Counted from the stretch's first letter, positions 34,871-43,081 are shown. The stretch is 64,000 bases of DNA from Oscillospiraceae bacterium (GCA_015064855.1 SVRK01000001.1:14196-78195); one strand, 5' to 3'. Numbers and translations are program-made. Notes: a model not told the origin generated them from the letters alone.

Positions 34871-35578
34871 ATGATCAATAATATTCTTATTGTTAACCAC
34901 AACATTGAAGAGGCAAAAAGTATTAAAAGCAGACTGGCTTCTTCAAACACAAACGCAGTCTGCGCTTATACTATTGAAGAAGCACTTGATGCCTTCAGTA
35001 GGATGAATTTTTGCTTAGTTGTTTTAGATGCTGCCATGTCCGCATCTGATGACCATAATATCTTGAAGGCTATGAGAGAAGCAAAGACAATGCCTATTCT
35101 GCTTCTTTCTTCTCATGCTGATCCAAATGAACGTGTACATGCATTTAATGCAGGAGCTCATGCATATATGGGAAGACCATATACTGACGAAGAGTGCCTT
35201 GCACAGGCGCATACACTTATGAGATTATATCAAGATATGAATCCGCAAAGTGAACTGTGTTACACCCTTGCGTTTGGCAAGGATCTTATTATTGATCCAG
35301 ACACTCGACAGGTTACGCTTCAAGGCGCGGAGCTGAAACTTACACGCAAAGAATACGATCTGCTTTTTTGGCTCGCAAGTAATCCAGGAAAGGTATATAG
35401 TTGCAGTCAATTATACGATCATGTTTGGGATGAATTTGCTATCGGCAATGTTGACGAGGTTGTAAAATACCATATAAAATCTTTGCGTCGGAAGCTCACA
35501 ACCACAAATGCGGAATACATTAAAAACGTTTGGGGCATCGGATACCGCTTTGCACAAACTGCGGAGCTTCGCGGCTGA
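34871..35578 (+). CDS. Atypical OmpR-family response regulator (degenerate receiver pocket), no kinase nearby
   Basis: The receiver reads ILIVNHN instead of the acidic DD pair. The phospho-site Asp is kept (VVLDAAM). The conserved Lys position reads GRPY. The winged-helix output has LTRKEYDLLFWLASNPGKVY and VWGIGYRF. Confidence 0.75.
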   Translation: MINNILIVNHNIEEAKSIKSRLASSNTNAVCAYTIEEALDAFSRMNFCLVVLDAAMSASDDHNILKAMREAKTMPILLLSSHADPNERVHAFNAGAHAYMGRPYTDEECLAQAHTLMRLYQDMNPQSELCYTLAFGKDLIIDPDTRQVTLQGAELKLTRKEYDLLFWLASNPGKVYSCSQLYDHVWDEFAIGNVDEVVKYHIKSLRRKLTTTNAEYIKNVWGIGYRFAQTAELRG

Positions 35579-35593
35579 TCAGATAATAATCAA

Positions 35594-35624
35594 CGGCAAG
35601 GAGTCACCCTTGCCGCATTTTTTT
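35594..35624 (+). terminator. Intrinsic terminator
   Basis: CGGCAAGG pairs with CCTTGCCG, followed by a T-run. Confidence 0.7.
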
Positions 35625-35673
35625 GCAAATATAAGATGTTTGAGGAGGTTGTTAATAGTTAGTTCATCAAAAA

Positions 35674-35728
35674 CTCCCGAAGTTCTCCCGATTTCCACCC
35701 CTATTTCCTCCCTTTTTTATGTTATAAT
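35674..35728 (+). promoter_or_regulatory. Four helically phased CTCCC direct repeats abutting a promoter with no -35 element
   Basis: CTCCC occurs at 35674, 35685 and 35708, and CACCCC at 35696 (spacing 11, 11, 12). TGtTATAAT is at 35720-35728. No TTGACA-like hexamer sits at the -35 position. Confidence 0.5.
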
Positions 35729-35805
35729 CTCATCACAAAAGAAAAAAGATATGAACAGAAGGCCAGACGCATGACGCCGAGCCAGCTCATATCACGAGGT
35801 GAAAA

Positions 35806-35988
35806 ATGGATAATTGTAATAAGCCCAACGATGAATCTCTTTGGCTTCGATGCCCGCATTGTGGCGCAAAAACCAGAACTAAGGTATATGCGGATACCGT
35901 ACTCGTTAAATTTCCGTTGTTTTGCTACGAGTGCAAAAAAGAAACCAAGATAGATGTTATTCAACTAAAAATGGTCTTGAGCAAATGA
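35806..35988 (+). CDS. Cysteine-rich KTR-domain protein
   Basis: WLRCPHCGAKTRTKVYADTVLVKFPLFCYECKKETKIDV. This family is typical of Tn916-like elements. Confidence 0.75.
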   Translation: MDNCNKPNDESLWLRCPHCGAKTRTKVYADTVLVKFPLFCYECKKETKIDVIQLKMVLSK

Positions 35989-36008
35989 GCCAGACGCTAT
36001 AAGCGCAG

Positions 36009-36047
36009 AGCCAGCTTTCCCATTCAATGGAGAAGCTGGCTTTTCTT
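36009..36047 (+). terminator. Intrinsic terminator
   Basis: AGCCAGCTT (36009-36017) pairs with AAGCTGGCT (36033-36041), followed by a T-rich tail. Confidence 0.6.
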
Positions 36048-36397
36048 TACCCAATCGATATAGCGTTTTTATCGCGAAGAGCATTTAGAACCGACTCCAG
36101 AACTGGAATAATAGTTGCTGCTTCCTCCTCGCTACACTCTTCAATTAAAATGCGGAGTTGATTCAATGAGGGCGTGTCTCTATGTACTTCCGGATAGAAA
36201 ATCTCAGTAGGATCAATTTTCAGAGTTCTGACAAGCGAATAGAGCACTTCGAGTTTAGGATTTCCTTTGTTGTTTTCGATATTCAAGACGGTTCGGTTAT
36301 CTATCCCCGCTTTTTCAGCAACCTGAGCTTGAGTTAAAGTAGTTTTTGACCGGGCAGCCCTCACAGCTTCCCCAAGATATTCAGAGTATTCTGGCAT
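36047..36397 (-). CDS. XRE-family HTH regulator (Tn916 orf9-like position)
   Basis: LTQAQVAEKAGIDNRTVLNIENNKGNPKLEVL. It is divergent from the sigma-like genes. Confidence 0.8.
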   Translation of the reverse strand: MPEYSEYLGEAVRAARSKTTLTQAQVAEKAGIDNRTVLNIENNKGNPKLEVLYSLVRTLKIDPTEIFYPEVHRDTPSLNQLRILIEECSEEEAATIIPVLESVLNALRDKNAISIG

Positions 36398-36618
36398 TAC
36401 AATTCACCCCCTATATATTTTACAATACACCTCGCAAAATTGGAATGAATTGCATTCCGCCTCTTTTGTGTATCAGAGTACATATAACTATGAAAGGGAT
36501 TGCATTTTATGACTAAAACCATTGAAAAACGTACTAATTTACAATCGAAAATGAATTTCATTGGTTCGTATGGGGGAACTATGCCCAGTTAAGTGTATTG
36601 CAATTCACCTCGCATTTT
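36397..36618. promoter_or_regulatory. Repeated TTRCAATWCACC motifs in the divergent regulatory region
   Basis: TTACAATTCACC at 36397-36408, TTACAATACACCTCGCA at 36420-36436 and TTGCAATTCACCTCGCA at 36598-36614. A partial copy, TTACAATCG, is at 36539-36547. Confidence 0.5.
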
Positions 36619-36631
36619 AACATAATATTCT

Positions 36632-36670
36632 GCGCCTATTTGCGTTCGCACGCGAATGGGCGCTTTTCTT
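36632..36670 (+). terminator. Strong leader hairpin with U-tract upstream of the sigma-like genes
   Basis: A 13-bp stem, GCGCCTATTTGCG (36632-36644) with CGCGAATGGGCGC (36651-36663), is followed by TTTTCTT. Confidence 0.55.
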
Positions 36671-36781
36671 ATTATACCACAAGAATATTACGATTCTGTT
36701 GCTCTGCTCGTGGTCCGCCGTTTCGGTTTTGAATTTCAACGACAACAAACAAATTCAAAATCACGATTCGGAGGATAAAAC

Positions 36782-37165
36782 ATGAATAACGAAAAAACCA
36801 GAGCTGAATTTACCAACTGGCTCGACACCCTTGCTTACAGAACGAAGCTGAACTACATAAGAGCAGAAAAGAAGCATCAAGTCAGCTTTTCCATTGATGA
36901 ATTGCCCGAGGACAGACTAGAGTCCGAGGAATTCCACGTTGCCTTTGAGTTTTCTGTTGAAGGCGAATTTAACTTCGAAGCCGAGTGGCTTGAGAAGGCG
37001 TTTGCAAAGCTTTCGGATACCTGCAAAGAGATCCTCAAGCTTATGTACATCGAAGGCAAAACAACCCAGGAAGTCGCCGTGCAAATGAAGTGTAGCGCGA
37101 AATATGTGTACAAGCAGCGGGCTAAGGCGTTTGATCTTATAAGAAAAGAAGGAGAAAAGAAATGA
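36782..37165 (+). CDS. Sigma-70 region-4-like protein (Tn916 orf7-like)
   Basis: LSDTCKEILKLMYIEGKTTQEVAVQMKCSAKYVYKQRAKAFDLIRKE. Confidence 0.7.
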   Translation: MNNEKTRAEFTNWLDTLAYRTKLNYIRAEKKHQVSFSIDELPEDRLESEEFHVAFEFSVEGEFNFEAEWLEKAFAKLSDTCKEILKLMYIEGKTTQEVAVQMKCSAKYVYKQRAKAFDLIRKEGEKK

Positions 37166-37362
37166 AAAAGGAATGCTTGAATTTCGAAGAGCTTATTATT
37201 GCCGCACAGAACGGCAGCGACGAGGCAATGACTGAGATCCTGGAGATGTATATGCCTCTGATCGACAAGCATAGCCGAATTGACGGTGTTTTGGACGAGG
37301 ATCTTCGCCAGATCATTTTGATGAAGATTATCAAAAATATCGGAAAATTTAAGGTTAAATAA
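37162..37362 (+). CDS. Sigma-70 region-2-like small protein (Tn916 orf8-like)
   Basis: ELIIAAQNGSDEAMTEILEMYMPLIDKHS. It has an ATGA overlap with the upstream gene. Confidence 0.65.
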   Translation: MKKECLNFEELIIAAQNGSDEAMTEILEMYMPLIDKHSRIDGVLDEDLRQIILMKIIKNIGKFKVK

Positions 37363-37380
37363 TTTTTTCAAAAAAATCGT

Positions 37381-37762
37381 GGGGATGGTAGAATTTTCGA
37401 TAACCTGCTGTGTGATTACATGTGAAGGCATCCCCAAAGCCTAACAAATTACAATTGAATAGTCTGATCCGGTACGTTCCGAAGCGCCGAGCGGCTATCC
37501 GTCTGTCGGCAACAGAACCAAGAGCACTGATGTGTGGGTGGCACCTGCACAACGCGATGACGCGCTGAGGGTATAATGGTACTTCCGTAAAAACGCGGCC
37601 CGGCCACAAGGAAGGCGGGGAGATGAGATTTCTATGGACCTGTTCGCCACAGGCACCGGGGAGGACGTTAAACTTAGGAAATCGATTTATGCTGTCATAG
37701 GTCGATAAGTTATCGAATAAATATTTGGTAACAGGTTAAAAATATAATCACACAGCAGGAGG
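37381..37762 (+). other. ORF-free structured segment bracketed by a perfect 15-nt inverted repeat (candidate large RNA leader or invertible DNA switch)
   Basis: CCTGCTGTGTGATTA (37404-37418) is the exact reverse complement of TAATCACACAGCAGG (37745-37759). The right arm overlaps the SD AGGAGG (37757-37762). A local helix is GGGGATG (37381-37387) with CATCCCC (37429-37435). The segment is more GC-rich than its flanks. Confidence 0.4.
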
Positions 37763-37768
37763 TTGTAT

Positions 37769-38023
37769 ATGGAAAAGAATACAATCATTACCGACGTGCG
37801 AAGTATAGATAGGACAAAGTTGCGCGACATAAACAGCGTGGTGATTGATCCCAAGCTCCCGAAGGCAGAGAAAATTCAGAGCTTCGTAAGTCAAATCGGC
37901 AATCCATACTGCTATATGGATGGCGATGTGGTAGTCAGCATTAGCTATGCAGATACCGAAGTCAGTCTGGAGGACAGACTGAAGTCCTATTTCACTGGAA
38001 TGGGAAATAATACTAACGGTTAA
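37769..38023 (+). CDS. Small hypothetical protein preceding the recombinases (DUF6870-like from memory; unverified)
   Basis: The ATG at 37769 lies 6 nt after AGGAGG. The listed 37763 start is a TTG. Confidence 0.5.
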   Translation: MEKNTIITDVRSIDRTKLRDINSVVIDPKLPKAEKIQSFVSQIGNPYCYMDGDVVVSISYADTEVSLEDRLKSYFTGMGNNTNG

Positions 38024-38046
38024 ATGTGAATTTTCAGGATTTTGCA

Positions 38047-38075
38047 TTGACTATTCAAGTCAAATGTGATATAAT
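38047..38075 (+). promoter_or_regulatory. Near-consensus sigma-A-type promoter for the recombinase operon
   Basis: TTGACT (38047-38052), 17 nt, TGaTATAAT (38067-38075). Confidence 0.6.
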
Positions 38076-38163
38076 GAATGCGTCAATGATCGTCGGTCTG
38101 GTCAACCGACATCGAGCAAAGCACTGTAACATTTTACCGTGATTTCAATCAGGAGGAAATGTT

Positions 38164-39795
38164 ATGCATCAAGTGCCTTGCAACGTCACATACCGTGCCT
38201 TAGCATATTACCGCTTGTCAAAGGAAGACAAAGGCAAGACGGTTAGTGACAGTATAGAAAACCAGCGGATGCTTATTCAGGAATACGTGAGCAAGCACGA
38301 TGAGATCGAGCTGGTTGGTGAATTTTACGATGACGGTTATTCCGGAACCAACTATAGACGTCCCGGATTCCAGGATCTTCTTGAGAAAGTCGAACAAGGA
38401 GAGATAGATTGTATCATCGTAAAGGATCTCTCGCGCCTTGGGCGTGAATATATTGAGACCGGAAGGTTCATTGAAGAACGCTTTCCGGCTATGGGAATTC
38501 GATTCATTGCTGTAACGGACGATTACGACAGTAACGCACCCAAGCAGTCTGATGATATCTTGATTCCTGTAAAAAACTTAATGAATGAAACCTATTGCCG
38601 TGATTTGTCCAACAAACTGCGTCGTCAGTTTATGGTACAAAGAAGCAATGGTGAGTGCCTTGCAGCCTTCGCAAGCTACGGATATCGTAAATCACCGGAA
38701 GATAAGCATAAGCTTATTATCGATGAGATTGCGGCCGAAGTTGTGCGGGGCATTTTTTATTCCAAATTACAAGGTTACAGCCAACAGGATATTGCTTCAA
38801 TGCTTACCTCTCAGGGCATTATGTGTCCCGCAGAATACAAGAAGCAAAACGGCATGAAATACAAGTCTGGCTTTAGTTCGACCGAAACCGGGCAATGGAG
38901 CCACATGGCTGTTACGAGAATCCTCAAAAACCGTCTTTACATTGGTGAGCTCATACAAGGCGTAAGAGGCAAGCCGAATTTTAAGGTAAAAGAGGTCAAA
39001 AAGCGTAAGCCAGAAGAATGGATTGTAGTTCCAAATAATCACGAGCCGATCATAGATCAAAAAGTCTTTGATATAGTACAAAGAATGCTTGAACGTGATA
39101 CGAGACGTTCGCCCGAGCAGGAGCTTGTTTTTCCTCTATCTGGAATGATTTTCTGCCCGGATTGCGGCAGAAATATTCGCATTCGCAGCGTTACAAGATA
39201 TAAGAGAAAATTCTACTATTATACCTGCTCAACTTATAAAAACGGCAGAGGTTGTACGAGCCACAGTATAGAAAAGTCAAAGCTCGAGGATATCGTATAT
39301 CGAGCAATAATGGTTCAAATCAATACAGTTGTTGACATCAATTCCATTTTGGATACGATTAAGAACTGCGACTTGCGTGTAGTTCGTATGAAAAAGCTGA
39401 AGGCTCAAATATCGCAGAAGGAAGCCGAACTGGAAAAATACAAGGAGTTCAAAAACAGACTTCTGGAGGCACTCAAAGATCAGCTCATCGAACGCGATGA
39501 ATATATTCAGATGCGTGACAAATACAGGGCGCAGGAAGAAGAGTGCCTTGAAGCAATCAAGGTGCTTCAGGATAAGGCTATTGAGCTTGAGTCTGAGGCG
39601 AATTTGGATAGCTCTTGGGTGGAGCAATATGCAAAGTTCCAGAACGTCCAAACGCTCACTCGTGAAATGGTTGTGTCTTTGATTGACAAAGTTATTGTAC
39701 ACGAAGGCAACGTCATAGAAATAGTCTTCAATTACAGAGACGAAATTGCCTATGTCGAAGAGCTTATCTCCGAAAGCAAAAAGGAGGTGAGCTAA
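38164..39795 (+). CDS. Large serine recombinase 1
   Basis: Motifs ALAYYRLSKEDKGK, FYDDGYSGTNYRRPGF and IIVKDLSRLGREY. It has a zinc-ribbon CPDCGRNIRIRS...YYTCSTYKNGRGC and a C-terminal coiled coil. Confidence 0.9.
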   Translation: MHQVPCNVTYRALAYYRLSKEDKGKTVSDSIENQRMLIQEYVSKHDEIELVGEFYDDGYSGTNYRRPGFQDLLEKVEQGEIDCIIVKDLSRLGREYIETGRFIEERFPAMGIRFIAVTDDYDSNAPKQSDDILIPVKNLMNETYCRDLSNKLRRQFMVQRSNGECLAAFASYGYRKSPEDKHKLIIDEIAAEVVRGIFYSKLQGYSQQDIASMLTSQGIMCPAEYKKQNGMKYKSGFSSTETGQWSHMAVTRILKNRLYIGELIQGVRGKPNFKVKEVKKRKPEEWIVVPNNHEPIIDQKVFDIVQRMLERDTRRSPEQELVFPLSGMIFCPDCGRNIRIRSVTRYKRKFYYYTCSTYKNGRGCTSHSIEKSKLEDIVYRAIMVQINTVVDINSILDTIKNCDLRVVRMKKLKAQISQKEAELEKYKEFKNRLLEALKDQLIERDEYIQMRDKYRAQEEECLEAIKVLQDKAIELESEANLDSSWVEQYAKFQNVQTLTREMVVSLIDKVIVHEGNVIEIVFNYRDEIAYVEELISESKKEVS

Positions 39796-41507
39796 TGGCA
39801 CGTAAAAGTAGGTTTGTAGATGTAAGCACTATTGAAGCCATTGAAACAGTGGTTTGGAAAACGGCATTTTATTTGCGTTTGTCAGATGAAGATGGCGAAA
39901 ACGTAGAACAAAACTCTTTGGGCAACCAACGCAAAATCTGTCAGGCTTACTTCAATAAGCTTGAAGACGTTGAGCTTGTCAGAGTATTCAGCGACAACGG
40001 TTATACCGGAATGAATTATGATCGTCCCGACTTCAACGCACTTTACGATGCAGTGATGAATGGTGAGATCAACTGTATTATCGTCAAGGATGTGTCTCGC
40101 TTTGGAAGGCACTATATAATGACCAGTGAATTCTTGCAAAGACTCTTTCCGAGTATGGGAGTTCGGTTTATTTCCGTAAATGACGATTATGACAGCCTTA
40201 ATCCTAAATCGGATGTGGAAGGTCTCTTACTGCCTTTCAAGATGATCGTAAACGATTCCTACGTTAAGGATATTGCCAAAAAGATACGTTCGAGCATTAC
40301 TTCAAAAATGAATGCCGGAGAGTATTTGCCATCAGCAAGTAGCATTCTGTACGGATACATTCGTAATCCTGAAATGAATACACTTGATATTGATGCAGAA
40401 GCGGCTCCGGTTGTTGTTCGGATATTTGAAATGAGAGCTGATGGCATCTCTTTCAACCAAATTGCAGATACTCTTAACAAAGAAGGAGTTCCATCCCCAG
40501 GAAGACTTCGTTATATGCGGGGAGTAACTCTCCATCCGAGATACGCAACTTGTCAGTGGTCGCGCTCGACGATCAGAAAATTCGTATCAGAGCCAACGTA
40601 CCTTGGCCAAAGAATTCACGGAAAAATCAAGAGAGATAAGCTGGGTGCCAAGAAGACAAAGCGTGATAGGTCGGAATGGCAGATTGTTGAGAATAGCCAT
40701 CCTGCAATCATTTCGCAGGAACTGTATGATAGAGTTCAGTTCGTTAACGAAGCCGAGCTTGAAAAACAGTCTCACTATTTCAGAAGAGCTCCGGTCACAG
40801 GTTATCGTGAAATTTTCCGCGATAAGCTATTCTGCGGGGATTGCGGATCAAGAATGATCTCTATCCGTTTTAATCACAGAATCAGTGACAATAAGCCATC
40901 TGAGATAAGGTACCAATGCAATGAGTTCCTTTACTCTGGTAGAACAAGATGCTTTAATCACTACACGAGAGAAGACGTTCTTGTTATGACGGTAAAGAAC
41001 GTTATTAACGGTCAGATTAAGGTAGCCGCGAGAATACAAACGGCACTTACGGCTTACAAAAAATCGAAGCGTGGCAATCCGATTGCAGATCAATTACAGG
41101 CAGTAAGATTGCGGCGCAAACAGCTTGAGGTTAAAATCGAAAGGTTAATCGAGGATCTAACTGAGGGCATTATCAACCACGAGGAGTATGAATATGCTAA
41201 AAGAAAATACGCTGACGAATACGATCTCGTTTTGATTGAGGAACAAGAAATCGAAAAACGCTTTAAGTCACAGCAGGAATCAGTTGACAGAGCTGAATTA
41301 TGGGTTGAATCCCTGAAAGCTTATAGTATGGTTCCAAAGCTTGACAAAGCAATCGTCGATCTGCTCATTGAAAAAATCATAGTGTTTCCGGATAATACTT
41401 TTCATATTGTCTTGAACTTTAAGGATCCTTACAAAGATTTTGCGTTCCTCTCAGACTATTTGAAGACAGGAGGAAGATCTAATGGCAGATCTAAAAAGGC
41501 GATTTGA
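39795..41507 (+). CDS. Large serine recombinase 2
   Basis: Motifs AFYLRLSDEDGEN, FSDNGYTGMNYDRPDF, IIVKDVSRFGRHY and CGDCGSRMISIR...YQCNEFLYSGRTRC. The ATG overlaps the previous TAA. Confidence 0.9.
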   Translation: MARKSRFVDVSTIEAIETVVWKTAFYLRLSDEDGENVEQNSLGNQRKICQAYFNKLEDVELVRVFSDNGYTGMNYDRPDFNALYDAVMNGEINCIIVKDVSRFGRHYIMTSEFLQRLFPSMGVRFISVNDDYDSLNPKSDVEGLLLPFKMIVNDSYVKDIAKKIRSSITSKMNAGEYLPSASSILYGYIRNPEMNTLDIDAEAAPVVVRIFEMRADGISFNQIADTLNKEGVPSPGRLRYMRGVTLHPRYATCQWSRSTIRKFVSEPTYLGQRIHGKIKRDKLGAKKTKRDRSEWQIVENSHPAIISQELYDRVQFVNEAELEKQSHYFRRAPVTGYREIFRDKLFCGDCGSRMISIRFNHRISDNKPSEIRYQCNEFLYSGRTRCFNHYTREDVLVMTVKNVINGQIKVAARIQTALTAYKKSKRGNPIADQLQAVRLRRKQLEVKIERLIEDLTEGIINHEEYEYAKRKYADEYDLVLIEEQEIEKRFKSQQESVDRAELWVESLKAYSMVPKLDKAIVDLLIEKIIVFPDNTFHIVLNFKDPYKDFAFLSDYLKTGGRSNGRSKKAI

Positions 41508-43074
41508 TTATTTAAGACTATCTTTGGAAGACGGAGATGTGGCAAGCGGCAACTCAAACGAGAGCCAGAGCATTGAGTCCCAAAGAAAATGTTGTCGTCA
41601 GTTTCGTGCAGAGTATCCAGACTTAATGGATGGCTTTGAAGAAATTGTTGATGACGGTTACTCCGGTACACACTTTGATAGGCCGGGAATAAAACGGCTC
41701 CTCAGACTTGTGGAGTTGGATATGGTGGAAGTTATTGTTGTTAGGGATCTTTCTCGTTTTGCAAGAAACTTCCTTGAGGCTGGATACTATATGGAGTTTG
41801 TGTTTCCCGCCCATGGAGTTCGTTTCATATCTATTAACGATGGATATGACAGCGCTTCGTATACTGATTCCAGCGCTGCGCTTCATATTGCGATCAAGAA
41901 CCTCGTCAATCAGATGTATAGCCGCGATATTTCGAAAAAGATCAAGAGTGCGGTCGATCTGAAAAAAATGAGAGGCGAATTTGTATATGGCACGGCCCCA
42001 TACGGATATAAAAAAGGCGCAAAGAAGAACACCATCGAGGTGGATCCAATTGCTGCCCCAACAGTATTCAGACTATTCAGTATGGCTTGTAACGGCAAGA
42101 CCATTACGGAAATTGCGAGAACTTTTAACGAGGAGAAGATTCCAACACCATCTATGCACCTTTCTGCAGTACGAAGCAAGAAGGTAAAGGTTTATCCAAT
42201 ATGGAGCTTCGAATCCGTTAGAAACATTCTGACAAATCGTATCTATACTGGAGATACTGTTCCGTTTAAGTCACACGTTGTACGTATCGGCAGTGACAAT
42301 GTGAAGTATATTCCCGAGGAAGAAAGGATTATCATACCCAATACCCACGAGGCAATTATCACTCGAGAGATGTACGAAAAAGCACAGCTTGTGATTAAGA
42401 GCACAAAGAAATCTCCGTCCAGTGGCATAAGAAGTCCATTGGCCACTTACCTTGTATGCAGTTGTTGCGGCAATCGTCTACAAAAAGGTAAACCAACAAA
42501 CAAAACATTCCTGTGTGCTACAGCGCGTTATGCTCCAGATAAAGAGTGTAAGCAGATTCGATGTGATGACCGTAAGATGCAGGAAATACTGCTCAAGGCA
42601 GTCCGCCAACAGTGTATGATGATGGATACTCGCATCAAGCATATCAAGGCTACAGCAAAAACTGTCAGAAGTGAAATTGAGATGCTGATGGCCGATATTC
42701 GTCTACAGCGTAGACTTGCGGAAAATGCTAAAGCTTCTAAGATGCGACTCTACGAGGATTATGTTGAGGGAGTAATAAACAAAGAAGAATACTCCACAAA
42801 GAAAGTAGAGCTTGCAGAGCAGGAACAGACTGCACTCAAGCAGCTTGAGCTCTTAGAAGCAAACCTTGCCGTGCTCAATTCTAATGTTGACGACAAAGAC
42901 GAGGTGGTAGAGAGTCAAGCCTTGATCGATAAGTATCTTGAGATCACCGAACTTACAGAGCCGTTAATGAGAGAACTCTTCAAAAAAATAATTGTTTATC
43001 CGGACGGCTCCATAAATATCGTTTGGAATTTCAGGGATATGACGGATGGCTCAAAAACAACCACTGTAATCTAA
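41482..43074 (+). CDS. Large serine recombinase 3
   Basis: Motifs FDYLRLSLEDGDV, IVDDGYSGTHFDRPGI, IVVRDLSRFARNF and CSCCGNRLQKG...FLCATARYAPDKEC. It overlaps recombinase 2 by 26 nt. Confidence 0.9.
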   Translation: MADLKRRFDYLRLSLEDGDVASGNSNESQSIESQRKCCRQFRAEYPDLMDGFEEIVDDGYSGTHFDRPGIKRLLRLVELDMVEVIVVRDLSRFARNFLEAGYYMEFVFPAHGVRFISINDGYDSASYTDSSAALHIAIKNLVNQMYSRDISKKIKSAVDLKKMRGEFVYGTAPYGYKKGAKKNTIEVDPIAAPTVFRLFSMACNGKTITEIARTFNEEKIPTPSMHLSAVRSKKVKVYPIWSFESVRNILTNRIYTGDTVPFKSHVVRIGSDNVKYIPEEERIIIPNTHEAIITREMYEKAQLVIKSTKKSPSSGIRSPLATYLVCSCCGNRLQKGKPTNKTFLCATARYAPDKECKQIRCDDRKMQEILLKAVRQQCMMMDTRIKHIKATAKTVRSEIEMLMADIRLQRRLAENAKASKMRLYEDYVEGVINKEEYSTKKVELAEQEQTALKQLELLEANLAVLNSNVDDKDEVVESQALIDKYLEITELTEPLMRELFKKIIVYPDGSINIVWNFRDMTDGSKTTTVI

Positions 43075-43081
43075 AAAGAAA

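Noticed and set aside
35674-35712. Reading the C-tract array as a minus-strand G-quadruplex (G3-N8-G4-N8-G3-N8-G3).
   Set aside because: Loops of 8 nt are long for a stable quadruplex. The strict 11-bp phasing next to a promoter with no -35 element fits a protein-binding direct-repeat array better.
37355-37609. An 84-aa minus-strand ORF inside the inverted-repeat-bracketed segment. The 186-aa ORF at 36877-37437(-) is a similar case.
   Set aside because: It has no SD and an improbable Arg/Cys/His-rich sequence. It runs against the transcription direction of the whole module. The segment is better explained as non-coding.
37381-37762. Whether the structured segment is a T-box leader, a cobalamin riboswitch or a hammerhead ribozyme.
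   Set aside because: I looked for the T-box GGGTGGTACCGCG-type sequence, a B12 box and a CUGANGA...GAAA core and found none. It is therefore left unassigned, and only an Rfam scan can settle it.
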